From Gekko japonicus (taxonomy: Eukaryota), in the NCBI RefSeq assembly GCF_001447785.1, contig NW_015175381.1, forward strand, positions 514,312 through 578,311: a stretch of 64,000 nt of DNA, written 5' to 3'. The notes under the pieces were generated by a model. That model saw only the letters and a list, made by a program, of their open reading frames with translations, was not told the DNA's origin and did no database searches. Within the stretch, counting starts at the first letter, position 1, and each line of letters begins with the position of its first letter. The position numbers and the translations under genes are program-made. Positions 12,395 to 24,058 of the stretch are shown in pieces.

Positions 12395-13010
12395 AGCCTT
12401 TTTTTACAGTTTTATGTTATAATGCTACTGCATGTGCACACAAAAAAAGGACGTCCCGTCGCTGATGAAGTACATGAGGACACATTTGGTGTGATTCATA
12501 ATTATTGAATAACATGGTTATGAATTGGTGTATCCAGTTCCACAATTGCGAATGGAATACTATTTTCATTAGGATTTTGTCGGAGTCTTCACTGGCCATT
12601 TCCTTAGTTGCTGACTAAGAAGGATCGGGGGACCTTAGAAATGGCAGCAATCATGCTGTTCCCCACGATATATCCGGTCTTTTTATTTATTTATTTACAA
12701 TGTATGATGTAGTAACATAACTAAATATGCAAAAAAAGGAGGTTCTGTCACTGATTAAGTACGTATGACCCATTTAGCATGCTTCATGATTATTGAATAA
12801 TAGTGTTATGAATTGGTATATCCAGTTTGATGATTGCCAGCCATTTTCTTAATTGGTGACTAAGGAGGAGTGGGCAGTCTTTGAAATGGTGGCAAACATG
12901 CTGTTCCCCATAACACATCGAGCCTTTTTTACAGTGTTATAATGTTATAACATTAGTGCACATGTGCAAAAAGAAGAGGAGGTTCCATCACTGACAAAGT
13001 ACATGATGAC
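12395..13010. repeat. Diverged tandem repeat, about 260-bp unit, about 2.3 copies
   Basis: Blocks recur in the same order: ctgatgaagtacatg / ctgattaagtacgta / ctgacaaagtacatg; attattgaataa; gttatgaattgg..tatccagtt; catgctgttcccca. Confidence 0.8.
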
Positions 13011-13921
13011 ACGGCCACACAACCCCTTTATAAAGGAAATGCAGAACACATGGGGAGGGTTGGATCTGAATTCAACAAAAAATTCCCCGAAATACATGGC
13101 CTTTTGCAGAAGGGGTGCCACATAGTTGGAGCATCAGCTGGGGATTCAACTCACCAGGAAACATTGGCAACACTGAGGTGTGGAAAAGGTCATGATTTGG
13201 GGTGATATGCACTGATCTGACTACAGACGGCACCATGCAAGAGATAAATTCAGCTCTTGGCAGAAGCTCCTTGTGCTCAGAGATGCTCCAGTGTGGACAT
13301 GGAGCTTCCACTGGAGTAAAAGCTTTCTCCATTGAGGAGGCAGTTCCGTGCATATATTGTTTTGTGCATGTGAAGCTGTAGCTAAGCCACAGGGCTGCCT
13401 GTGCTTCAAAAAGCTCTAATTTGCTAAATGTTTCTGTTCTACTGCCTTTTTTCCCTTACAGAATAATGTGTATATTTTGGGGTCGGATTACAGGACTGTT
13501 GCTTTCCAATTATTCAGAGCAGGGTAGGAAAGAAGCATGAAATTTGGTGGATAGAATGAAACTGGGAAATAATCTGCTTGGGAGCTTAAATTAATGGAAG
13601 ATGCAGGATCTGTATCCCTAGCCAAAAGAGATTGTCTCATTGCATTGACTGGTCCACTGATATTCCAATTAATATTAGTGACTGGTTTTCTAGCATACTT
13701 GTATGTATGCATGTATGGGATATTTGTATGTCAGAATGCTTGAGCTTCCAGAGAAAGATATCCAGGTAGTAGAGCTGAGTCAAAGCAGGGAGTGCTTTCA
13801 TTAAAATTGTGTAGGAGACATTATTGTTTTGCTTTGCTTTTTGCAGGGGGCTCTGACAGAGAAAGTGCCATCATTTAGCACATATATTCAGGCAGCACTC
13901 ACCAGACAGCTCCCCTCTCTC

Positions 13922-14412
13922 ATTATTTATTATTTATTAAATTAGACTTGTTAAGCTGCCCTTCCCTGCGAGCAGGGCTCAGGGCAGCTTACATTAATAA
14001 AAATACAATAATACTAAACTTAAAGCAGCATTAAAATTCAACAACCACAATAAAACAGTACAATCAAAGATGGAGATAAATTTCTAATAGCTGCTTGCCC
14101 CCGCGGTTAAGTAAAATACAGAGCAGAGGGAAGGGGGCAGGGTGTCAGAGTGCCAGGCCATGGCTGTCCTCAACCAAATGCCCGGTGGGACATCTCTGCC
14201 TTGCAAGCCCTACAGAATGGTAACAGATCCCACAGGGCATGGATGTCCTCAGGCAGAGAGTCCCACCAGATAGGGGCCATGGCCGAAAAAGTCCTGGCCC
14301 TGGTCAAGAACAGCGGGATCTCTCTCAGGCCAGGGACCACCAAGAGGTTCTTATTTCCAGATCATAATGCTCTTCCCGGAACATATGGAGAGAGGCGGTC
14401 CCAAAGCCCCCT
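13922..14412 (-). mobile_element. L2 LINE 3' fragment
   Basis: (TTTA) tail and a body similar to 9100-9310 (catatggagagaggcggtccc). Confidence 0.8.
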
Positions 14413-15935
14413 CTCCATCTGAATCAGCCCTGCCAAATACATTCAGCATCCTGAAATGTATACCTTTAATCAAATTAACCAAAATTTTGTCTGCTTCGTG
14501 ATATATGCCTTGTAATTTTAAGAAGAAGCTGACTGACACATCCAGTGCATTGGCCTTTTAGCAATTTTGACTTATAAACAACCATCACTGAACTGGCAAA
14601 AAACAAACAAACAAGCCTTGTCTTTGTTTGCAAAACTTTGTTCTGCTAGCCTTGAAATATCAGTTCTTACCTAAGGGAAAGGCCTCACTAAGAGAAGGGC
14701 CTCATGAAACTGAAAGAATGATGACCAATTTATTATGTACTTTGCTGATTATACCAGTTGCCCTTTCTTTCAGCCTGATTTTTGAACTTACATAAAATTG
14801 ATATGCTCCTTAGCACTTGGTAGGAAAAGACAGGAAAATATATATCAGTTGTAGCAATAACAGCAGTTTGAAAATGTGTTGATAAGGCAATAGGCAAGAC
14901 AAGAGAGGCAAAGTGAATTTGGAGAATACTTTCTTGGTACATCAGATGCAAAAAGCTGGCAAAATGTAAAGAATCACAGAAGGGAGGAACAATTTGGAAA
15001 TTTCACCTTCTCCACAGGACCAGGAGGTCTTCTGGAATTACAACTAATTTCCAAACCACAGAGATCAGCCACCCTGGAGAAAATGGCTGCTTTGGTCTTG
15101 GAGGGTGGACTTTATAGCATTATACCTAGTGGAGGTCCCTCTCCTACCCAAACCCTCCCCTCCCCAGGCTCCACCCCCAAAATCTCCAGAAATTTCCCAA
15201 CCCAGATCGGGCAACCCTTCTTCAGAATCATGTAGGCTCTCAGGAGCTTGAGTAGGCCAATTATTGCATTGCCTTTTCCCCTGACTTATGCTAATATAGA
15301 CCAAGAGCTTTTGGTTGCACATGAGAAGTAAAACTACTTAGTGAAATCGGCATTATACTGAGTGGCATCAACAGAGACCCATATGCAGAAGCAGATGGCC
15401 TTCTACACACGCAGCTGATGTGGATCAGCATTTTTATGTTCATCCAGAATATGTCTAAATGCATTTTTATGCACATCACCCTGTGTGGCCACTGATTGGT
15501 ACATGCGACCATAATATTCACTGACAGTATCCTGTTTACAGTGCATAAGGAATAGTGCTCATGCTGGGGGTACTGACCCAGTATTCCTGCAGTCTTCATT
15601 AAACAGATACATTCTATCATGGCTCACATAGCAGCAGAGCCATTGTAGTGCAAATATAGCCTATGATAGCAGATTCTGGGCTACTGTTTCATTGGGAAAA
15701 AGAGTGGAATATTCCAGCTACTGTTATTGAAGTTGTGGGAAGGACCTGCTGTTATAGAAGCTGTTGCTTATCCCATGCGCCAGTTGTTTGCAGTGGTGCT
15801 CATGCTCCAGTGTAATTCTTATATTTTCTGCATGTTCAGCATCACACATGCTCAGCATAGCATGGCAGCCAGGCTTAGAGCACCACAGCCATCACATGTA
15901 GGAGAGAAGTGATGCACACACAGTAAGGATAGTGG

Positions 15936-16831
15936 TGTGAAAAAGATCTAGGGGTCTTAGTAGACCATACACTGAACATGAGTCAGCAGTGTGATGCGGT
16001 AGCTAAAAAGGCAAAAGCCATTTTTGGCTGTATCAACAGAACTATGGTGTCCAGATCACGGGAGTGATGGTATCGCTTTGTTCTGATTAGACCTCGCCTA
16101 GAGTATTGTGTTCAGTTTTGGGCACCACAATTTAAGAAGGATATAGACAAGCTGGAATGTGCCCAGAAAAGGTGGCAACATAGATGGTGAGGGGTCTGGA
16201 GACCAAGTCCTGTGAGGAAAGGTTGAAGGAGCTGGGTATGTTTAGCCTGGAGAGGAGATGACTGAGAGGTGATATGATAACTATCTTCAAGTACTTGAAA
16301 GGCTGTCATATGGAGGATGGTATGGAGTTGTTTTCTGTTGCCCCAGAAGATGGGACCAGAACCAACAGGTTGAAATTAAATCGGAAGAGTTTTCAGCTAA
16401 ACATTAGGAAGAACCTCCTGACAGAGCGTTTCCTCAGTAGAACAGGCTTCCTCGGGAGGTGGTGGGCTCTCCTTCTTTGGAGGTTTTCAAACAGAGGCTA
16501 GATGGCCATCTGACAGCAATGCTGATTCTGTGAACTTAGGCAGACCATGAGAGGGAGGGCAGGAAGAGTTGCATCAGTGCTTAGTTCTTGTGGCACTTTC
16601 TTACACACTCAGAGAAATGCTGATTGCCACTTTAGGGTCAGGAAGCAATTTTTCTCCAGGCCAGTTTGGCTAGGGATCCTGGAGGCTTGTTTGGTTTTTT
16701 TGTCATCTTCTGGGCATGGAACAGGGTCACTGGGTGTGTGGGGGGGAGGTACTTGTGAATTCCTGCATTGTGAAGGGGGTTGGACTAGATGACCCTAGAG
16801 GGTCTTCCAACTCTATGATTCTATGATTCTA
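15936..16831 (+). mobile_element. CR1 LINE 3' portion with long 3' UTR
   Basis: Decayed ORF2 C-terminus (IFKYLKGCH, FQLNIRKN) and the terminal (TTCTATGA)n microsatellite. Confidence 0.93.
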
Positions 16832-17325
16832 GAGGAAGAAGTGGTGTCTTGGAGACCTGAGATCTGTTGGAACTGAACAGAATGGAGCAGTTACTCCCTT
16901 CTATATTCAGGCTTTAGAAGTAATTATGTGGTTTATATTTCAAAATCTGAAAATGCCATCTCTACTTATCCACTCAGCCTGATAAGTTGTGTTGGCTTTA
17001 TCTGATTGGTAGAGGGCATGATAAGAGACACATTCCAGGTTCTTTCAGCATGTTTGTGTGCTTTAGTTGTTTCTCAAGGCTGGGCTTATTATGTATTGGC
17101 ATCCATTGGCAGCTCAGTTTATGAGAAAACTGCTGATGCCGGAGATATTTCTGGAGCGGATCAAGTGTTGTTATTCTAGCTGCACTATAATAAAACATCT
17201 TGGTGTAAAACAAGAGGTAAAAGTATGTATGGTTTGTTAAGCAATCTTATTCCACCATGGAACTAGCCAGTACAAGATATGAGCATTGGTAACTGTAGCT
17301 CATTGGATTTTCTTAGGCTGAGTTC

Positions 17326-17775
17326 AGACTGGCAGTTTGAAGCAGAAGGGATGACCGTGCTCCCCAGGGTTTGCTACCACTTTCACCAGGTATCTTCTAA
17401 ACTCAGGAGGGAAGCATTATGAGACGGGTTGAGTATGGCTGGGGAACACCGGACAGATGTGCCTGTGTGAACAGCCCCTTTAATACGTTAGACTTTCTTT
17501 TTGGTAATCTTGAGCTATGTGCATAAGCGCACATAGCTTTCGGCGTTCAAACTTTGTTGGTGCAGGATGAATACGGGATGACCGCGCTCCCCAGGGTTTG
17601 CTACCACTTTCACCAGGTATCTTCTAAACTCAGGAGGGAAGCATTATGAGACGGGTTGAGTATGGCTGGGGAACGCCGGACAGATGTGCCTGTGTGAACA
17701 GCCCCTTTAATACGTTAGTTGGAACGTTTCTGAAACATGCCTATATTGGGCCAAATTGCCAGTCTGAACTTGGCC
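17326..17775. mobile_element. PIF/Harbinger-like MITE with internal duplication
   Basis: TIRs GGCTGAGTTCAGACTGGCAGTTT / AAATTGCCAGTCTGAACTTGGCC with TSD TTA. About 143 bp occurs twice, at about 17348 and 17576. Confidence 0.85.
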
Positions 17776-19315
17776 TTACAGTTTCTGTTGCAGAACACCT
17801 CTTCAGGGTCATGTTTTCCTTCTGATTTTATTCCATCAACTGGCTCCTCTTCCAGTAACACATGAATTCTGAAATATCGTTTAACTTATTGATGGGGTTT
17901 CTGACCACATATTATAGCCACAATGGTATATACGTTGTAAGGATACTCTGGAAATTCTTCATTAAATGAATTAGAAATAATTAATGGGGAGAGTAACTGA
18001 AGAGCATCTGCTACACAGGACAAAAGTTGTTGGCATGATGAGGAGGGCTGAGTAGTATAGATTTCATTGCTTGCATTTCTTCACTGGCATTCCAATGTGC
18101 GCACAGTAGAGGTTTTTGAGACAAATGTACTTTCCAGCACTTCCCAGAAACACTGTAGGAAGTGTTCTTAAATCCTACAGAATGCATGTCCTTGACCCTG
18201 GGAAGCATTCATGATCCTAGAAAACATCCAATGCCCCCCTGGGAATCTCCATGAATCCTATTTTTCCGATACCAAGTTGTGGAAATCAGAGACTCAGAGT
18301 AGAGTGTGGCTAGCTGACAGTCTGGTAGGCCAGCTCTTTGCAAGGCACACTATTCTGCCTCGATCTACATGCAAATAAATAGAAGACTAGATTGGGCCTG
18401 GGCCAAGGTGCATGTGGCTTGTGCTGAAAATTTGCCACATTCCCATAAAAAATATATTTGCAGTTTAGTTTGACAACAGCTCAAATAAGCACATCCTCTC
18501 TGAACCAAGATCACACAGGTTTGACTTGCGTTGAACTACAGTGTAGAAGTTCAAACAGCAAGCTTGGCTGAAAGAAACCCCTGAAGTCTCTGTGTTCCCT
18601 GGCATTCTTTCGTTTAGATATGTGCTCCAGAGCTGAAAGGTGGACACTGTGCAATAGACCTATTACCCACAAAGTAGGACAAACATAGCAGATGCAACAC
18701 AGAAATAACAATCAAAACAGTGGATATGTGAAACAATTGTACTGAGAAACTACGTAAAAGTTCCTTATGGCAAAAGTTCTCCTGACCTGTGCAGTTACAT
18801 ACCAATAGCTGGAGCTCCAAATAATTTTAAATTTCAAGGACAGGAAATTCTTCTATATGCAATAAACATGCAATAAACAGAGAGAGCAGCACTTGGATTT
18901 ATTTTTTTAAAGAGTCGCTGAAAACCTAATTGTTGAAACTGTTCCCAAAAGAGATTTTTAAAATTAATTTCCTTGTGCCTCAAAAGATCTGTGTGGCTAT
19001 TTATCACCAAGTCTTATACAGAGTACTACCAACTGTTGTGTTTGCTAATAAAAACCCTGGACCATAGCCACTCAAGTGACTGGAAAAAACTCCAGGTATT
19101 CTAAAGGGCTTTTGAAGGCCAAGCATTTTTTCCTTTTCAATAAAAATGAGAACATTTTGTTGCATTCTGCAGCTGTACCTAGGAAAGAACCAAAATAATT
19201 CTTGCATTTTTTAGTTTCCACTTTGGGATTTTTTATAGATTTCATTTTACTATACCATCAACATTCAATTTGAATATTGTTATCATGCACTCAAATTCTA
19301 ATTGAATTGTTATTG

Positions 19316-19586
19316 AGAGCCTGTTTGCTGTAGTGGTTAACTGCACAGACTCTAATCTGAGAGAACCGGGTTTGATTCCCCCCTCCTCCACTCGCAGATG
19401 CTGGATGACCTTGGGCAAGCCATAGCTGTTCTTGAAAAGAGCAATTTCTGTCAGAGCTCTCTCAGCCCCACCTACCTCACAGGGTGTCTGTTGTGAGGAA
19501 GGGAAGGGAAAGGAGTTTGTAAGCCACTCTGAGACTCTGAGTGAAGGGCAAGATATAAATCCAATCTCGTCTTCTCTTCTTCTTCT
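19316..19586 (+). mobile_element. tRNA-derived SINE (Squam3-like)
   Basis: A-box gtagtggtta, B-box ggtttgattccc, L2-like 3' end and a (CTT)n tail. Confidence 0.85.
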
Positions 19587-19620
19587 AATTCAAAGTCATT
19601 GTTGTATAGCATTTGCGGCA

Positions 19621-19895
19621 GAAGAAGAAGAGATTGGATTTATCCCCCGCCACTCACTACCCAAAGGTGTCTCAGAGCGTTTTACAAACTCCTTTCCCTT
19701 CCCTTCCTCACAACAGACACCCTGTGAGGTAGGTGGGACTGAGAGAGCTCTTGACAGAAACTGCTCTTTTTCAAGAACAGCTCTTATCAGAACTACGGCT
19801 TGCCCAAGGTCATCCAGCATCTGCGAGTGGAGGAGTGGGGAATCAAACCCGGTTCTCCCAGATTAGAGTCCACACACTTAACTACTACACCAAAC
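19621..19895 (-). mobile_element. tRNA-derived SINE (Squam3-like), inverted copy
   Basis: Reverse complement of the same SINE, arranged tail-to-tail with 19316-19586. Confidence 0.85.
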
Positions 19896-19924
19896 TCTAG
19901 CTCTTATGTGGGATGGAGAGGTTT

Positions 19925-21508
19925 GGTCAGATGCCCATGACCTCGCGTGCAAAGACCACACACAAAACGGATTTGGGAATAAGTGGAATAAATTGGCCAC
20001 AGCTTTATTGATTACAGCTGTAAAAAGCATTGGCACATCAGTTGATGTACCCAGTCACCCAACCAGCCGGCATGGATGAAGATTGAGGAATGGCAGGTTG
20101 TTGGGGATCACATGGATGACTCCCCCTTCGTGATCTCCCCTGTCATCTGGTTGTGAGGGCAAGTGCTGGTAGCCCCTGAGCAGGCTTGCTCCCATCAGCC
20201 CTCATGCCAAGACCCCTTAAGGTGGTCCCCATTTCCTGTAAATGGCACACAAGTCGATTTCCATAAACAGATCCGGCCCCATGTTGTTACCGCCACTAAA
20301 CCTCCCCTCCCCCAGCTGCCATGATGCCTTGCCATTGGTCTGGGGGAAGGGGGGAGGTCCCAAGTTTACCACCACTCACCAGCCCCACCCAGCATCTGAC
20401 CACCTCTCCCCCCCACCCAGCCCCACAAATGCTGGGCCATGCTGAGTTGGGCCCTTCTTGCTTTTATACATTCTGCCTGACATCTTTTTATGTGTGAATA
20501 TTTGTGTGAGTGTGAGTCCTCCCTTCCAGTACTTCCCCCTCTACCATGGTCCCAAGGACTCTGAGGCCTCAGACTTGGGTGGGCTGGGGTTGCTCCATCC
20601 ATTAGCTTACTCCTGGTCATCATCACCCCTCTCTCTGGCACAGACCTCTAATCAATCCTCCTCGACCTCAGCTGTCTGTCCCTTTTTATATCCCTTCCCC
20701 CACATCTGTACCTACCAATGTTCCCTCTAAGCTGAGTTAGTGTGAGCTAGCTCACAGTTTTTTAGCCTCCAGCTCACATATTTTTGTCTTAGCTCAGGAA
20801 GGATGGCTCCAAAGCAAACTGATTTATGCAGAAGCCAAATCACTTGCTCACAACTTTAATACCAGTAGTTCACAAAGTAGAATTTTTGCTCACAAGACTC
20901 CACAGCTTAGAGGGAACATTGGTACCTACCCCATTGGTACCTACCCCATTTCTCTAGTGAATGGTAGATTATCCTGTCTGTTCCCTCTCTTCCCCTTTCC
21001 CATTGTATTCTCTAATTCCCGTTTTAAGCCATTCCTCCCTGGCTCCACCCCATGTCTCTTGTATTTGTCTGTCTTCCTTGATGTGAGTGGGTGTGGCTGC
21101 GTTCAGCGTCTTCTCTTCCCTCCCATCGGTACTCCTGCTCCTGCAAATGATATCTAGTTTAGCTCTGTTGGTGCCTTCCTTTCTCCTCTCCCTCTTCTCC
21201 TGTTCCCTCCACCTGGCCTGGCCCTGTGTTCGGGTGAAGGGCTCCTGCTTCAGGACCTCGGGAGTCCTGCCTTGTATCCCCTGATACAGCCAGTGCAGCC
21301 TCCGCGGGTCCCCATGAGGCAGGGTGCCATTCTTCAGTACACCAAGGATCAACTTCTTGGGCAGCAGGGAAGACCAGAGCGAATTTTCCCATGGCAGTGG
21401 CTTCCTCACCAGCTGTTGGGGGCCTGCAGGCTGTTCTGCTGGCCCAGGAATCCACTCCACTGGTTTGGGAAGCTGCCCCTATGGCTTGGAAAGCTCTGGG
21501 GCTGGACA
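19925..21508 (-). mobile_element. Possible LTR-like element, reverse orientation, containing a nested hAT MITE
   Basis: Minus-strand AATAAA (ctttattg near 20003) and TATAAAA (cttttatac near 20461) in LTR-like order. Boundaries are uncertain. Confidence 0.35.
20716..20921 (+). mobile_element. 206-bp hAT MITE
   Basis: TIRs CAATGTTCCCTCTAAGCTG / CAGCTTAGAGGGAACATTG with an 8-bp TSD GTACCTAC. Confidence 0.92.
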
Positions 21509-21712
21509 GTGTGTGTGTGCCTGGAAGTCATGGTTGACTTATGGTTACCCCTAGTGAGGCTTGGACATTTCAGAGAGGTGGTTTAGTATTGCCTGCCTCT
21601 CTGTCCTGGCCCCGGTATTCCTTGGAGGTCTCCCTTCCAAGTACTTGCCAGGGTCAGACCTGCTTCGCTTCCGAGATCTGACAAGATCAGTCTTGCCTGG
21701 GCTATCCAGCTC
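21508..21712 (-). mobile_element. 5S rRNA-derived SINE with RTE-type tail
   Basis: Reverse strand GATCTTGTCAGATCTCGGAAGCGAAGCAGGTCTGACCCTGGCAAGTACTTGGAAGGGAGACC resembles the 5S rRNA internal control region. Ends in (CA)n. Confidence 0.8.
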
Positions 21713-22859
21713 ATGGCTAATTCTGCTTCATTTCTTATTGGCCAGTATAGATGCATATGATTTTGTTTGATCAGTGATGTTACATGTCATCACCTAATGC
21801 CAACCCATTTCTTGCATACTATCTGATTGGCTTCTAGACCTACATGACCCTTCATTCTTAGAATACAGGTGGAAATATGTGAAGCTGATCAACAGAAAAA
21901 TATTGAAAACGTAAAGCATGATCGGAATTCATTTATCAAAATGCAGCCTGATGATTTTGAGATAAACCATTTCAGAACATTTTGCAATTGTGTTAGCTGA
22001 AATTTATGCTCTTTACAAGTGATAATTTTATTGGTAAAGCATAGGAATTACATCAAAAACAACAAATAAACAGAAACATACTTACATACTTATGTGAAAA
22101 TCAAGCCTCTTAAAAGTCAGCATAACCATTGTCCTACAACTGATTTTGTCATATAACAAAGTACATTGTGAGTCTACATGAGGGATGTGCCCAAGGACAT
22201 GGATACAGGTTTTGTGTCTTCAGGCTTTTAAGGTTTTGGTTGGCAGGAAGACTGGTGGCACAGCACCTGCCCTCTTAGCTGCCCACTACCAATTTGATTG
22301 CTAGAATCTGTCACAGTGCTGTGATCATCTTCCTGGGCTCATTCTGAATTCATACAAATTTTTATACCTACATCAAAATCAAGTATGCAGAAAACTCCAC
22401 AATGAACAAGATTGTCATGGAAACTTACCTTGATCAAATTTCCTCAGTTATATGTAAGGTAAGTTCCTGATCAGGTTGTCTTGATGGGTTCTGTCAAAAT
22501 TCATTTCAAACACCATAGTTAGACAGTTTTGCAGCATACTGAAGGGCCTGGTCATGACTTAGTAAAAGATAGCAAATAGCAAAATTATCTACAAAATTAT
22601 CTACAGCATCTTAATCACAGGAGAAGCAGCATGTATCCAAGAGCGTTATGTTCAACTAATTTAAGTGACCTGCTTGTCTTGCCCAGAATTGCTTTCATTT
22701 TGTCCCCTCTTTTGCATCTGCACAGTTGGATATATCCTTTAAATTACCAACATGGTTTACCTTGCATACATTTTGTGCCCAGGGCTGGCTCACTCACTAG
22801 GCAAACTAGGTGTTCGCCTAGGGTGGGCCAGCCCTTAGGGGCGACAAACTGCACCTGGC

Positions 22860-23450
22860 CCCACCGCCAAAAGCCCTGACTGGGTGACCGCCGCTGCTGC
22901 CTCTTTCTCCCCGAGTCCAGGTGTGGGCCACTGCTGCTCCAACTACTCAGCAAGACCTTTTCCATCCACGCCCCCTCTTCATCTCTCTGTATCGCACCCC
23001 TCTTTCTTTCTCCCTCCTTTCTTCTCCCCCCCACCCTACGCTGGTCGATGCGTGGCTTTTAATTCCCAATTGCAACAGGAAACTCTGCAAAAAAAAAATC
23101 TATTTTATCCCCTCCTTTGATAAATTAGGCTTTCTTCATCAACCTCCCAAAAGAACCGGACGGGGCGGGGGTTGGGGAGGCGGGTTCTTAATTGGCTCTA
23201 GGTTGAGCAGGCCTGAGAGAAAGCAGAGCTGCGGCTCATGCGTACGTTTGAAAGCAACCCAAGCTGATGTCAATTTCACAGACGGGGAATACGCAGCAGT
23301 TTTGTTCCGACTGCGGGAACAGAGGATGGTGTCGGGCTTTTCTCATTTCCCTTGCACCGCTGCCAACGCCCCCTCGGAAACGCATCCAAGAGGATTAATT
23401 GTGTGCTGATTGGTTTGTGAGGGCCTCCTCCACCATCCCGCATGCCCATG
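22860..23450. promoter_or_regulatory. CpG-rich island-like region, candidate promoter or enhancer
   Basis: Locally high CpG density with no recognisable repeat. GC box GGGGCGGGG at about 23162 and CCAAT boxes (ATTGG) at about 23191 and 23409. Confidence 0.5.
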
Positions 23451-23584
23451 TGGGCTTCAAGGAGAACACTTCTCCCGACAGATTTTACAGGGGGTTTGGG
23501 TGGGGGGGTAAGGATACAGATACAGCCATATCCCCCCCCAGAACTAAACCCTGAAGGAGATAATTGCCTCATGTTCCCTTCCCA

Positions 23585-23752
23585 CATCTTCATCTTCTTC
23601 CTCTTCCACTTCTCCTCCTTCTTCATCTTCCCTTCCTCCTCTTCTTCCTCCTCCTCCTCCTTCTACTTCTTCATCTCCTCCTCCTCCTCCTCCTCTTCTA
23701 GTTCTTTATCTTCTCCTCATCGTCGTCTTCTTCCTCTTCCTCCTCCTCTTCT
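23585..23752. repeat. (CTT/CCT)n polypyrimidine low-complexity tract
   Basis: About 165 nt of almost pure C and T on the plus strand. Confidence 0.95.
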
Positions 23753-23842
23753 AATTCTGTGGGGGGGGGGACCTTCTGGAGAAATGCAGCCAGCCCCACT
23801 GTGTGATTCACAGCTCTGTCCTCGGCACCAGGAGGTGGGAGA

Positions 23843-24058
23843 AAGTGTCGTCAAGTCATGGCTGATTGATGGCTCCCCTGTAGGGTTTTCAAGGCAAGAG
23901 AGATGCACCGAGGTGTGGCTTGCCACGGCCCAACTCTGCACAGAGACCCTCCTGGACTTCCTTGGAGGTCTCCCATCCAAATCCTAAGCCAAACCCACCC
24001 TGTTTAAGCGTCGGGGATCTGATGGGATCGGGCTAGCCTGGACGAGTTGGGTCAGGGC
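23843..24058 (-). mobile_element. 5S rRNA-derived SINE, second copy
   Basis: Shares ttccttggaggtctccc and gatctga..gatc..gcctgg with 21508-21712, plus an RTE-like gggttttcaaggcaagaga segment. Confidence 0.75.

Noticed and set aside
21600-21712. 5S rRNA gene
   Set aside because: Partial, diverged and fused to a SINE body, so it is a SINE head and not an rRNA gene.
23442-23987. 181-aa Ser/Phe-rich ORF
   Set aside because: It is a translation of the (CTT/CCT)n tract plus a SINE.
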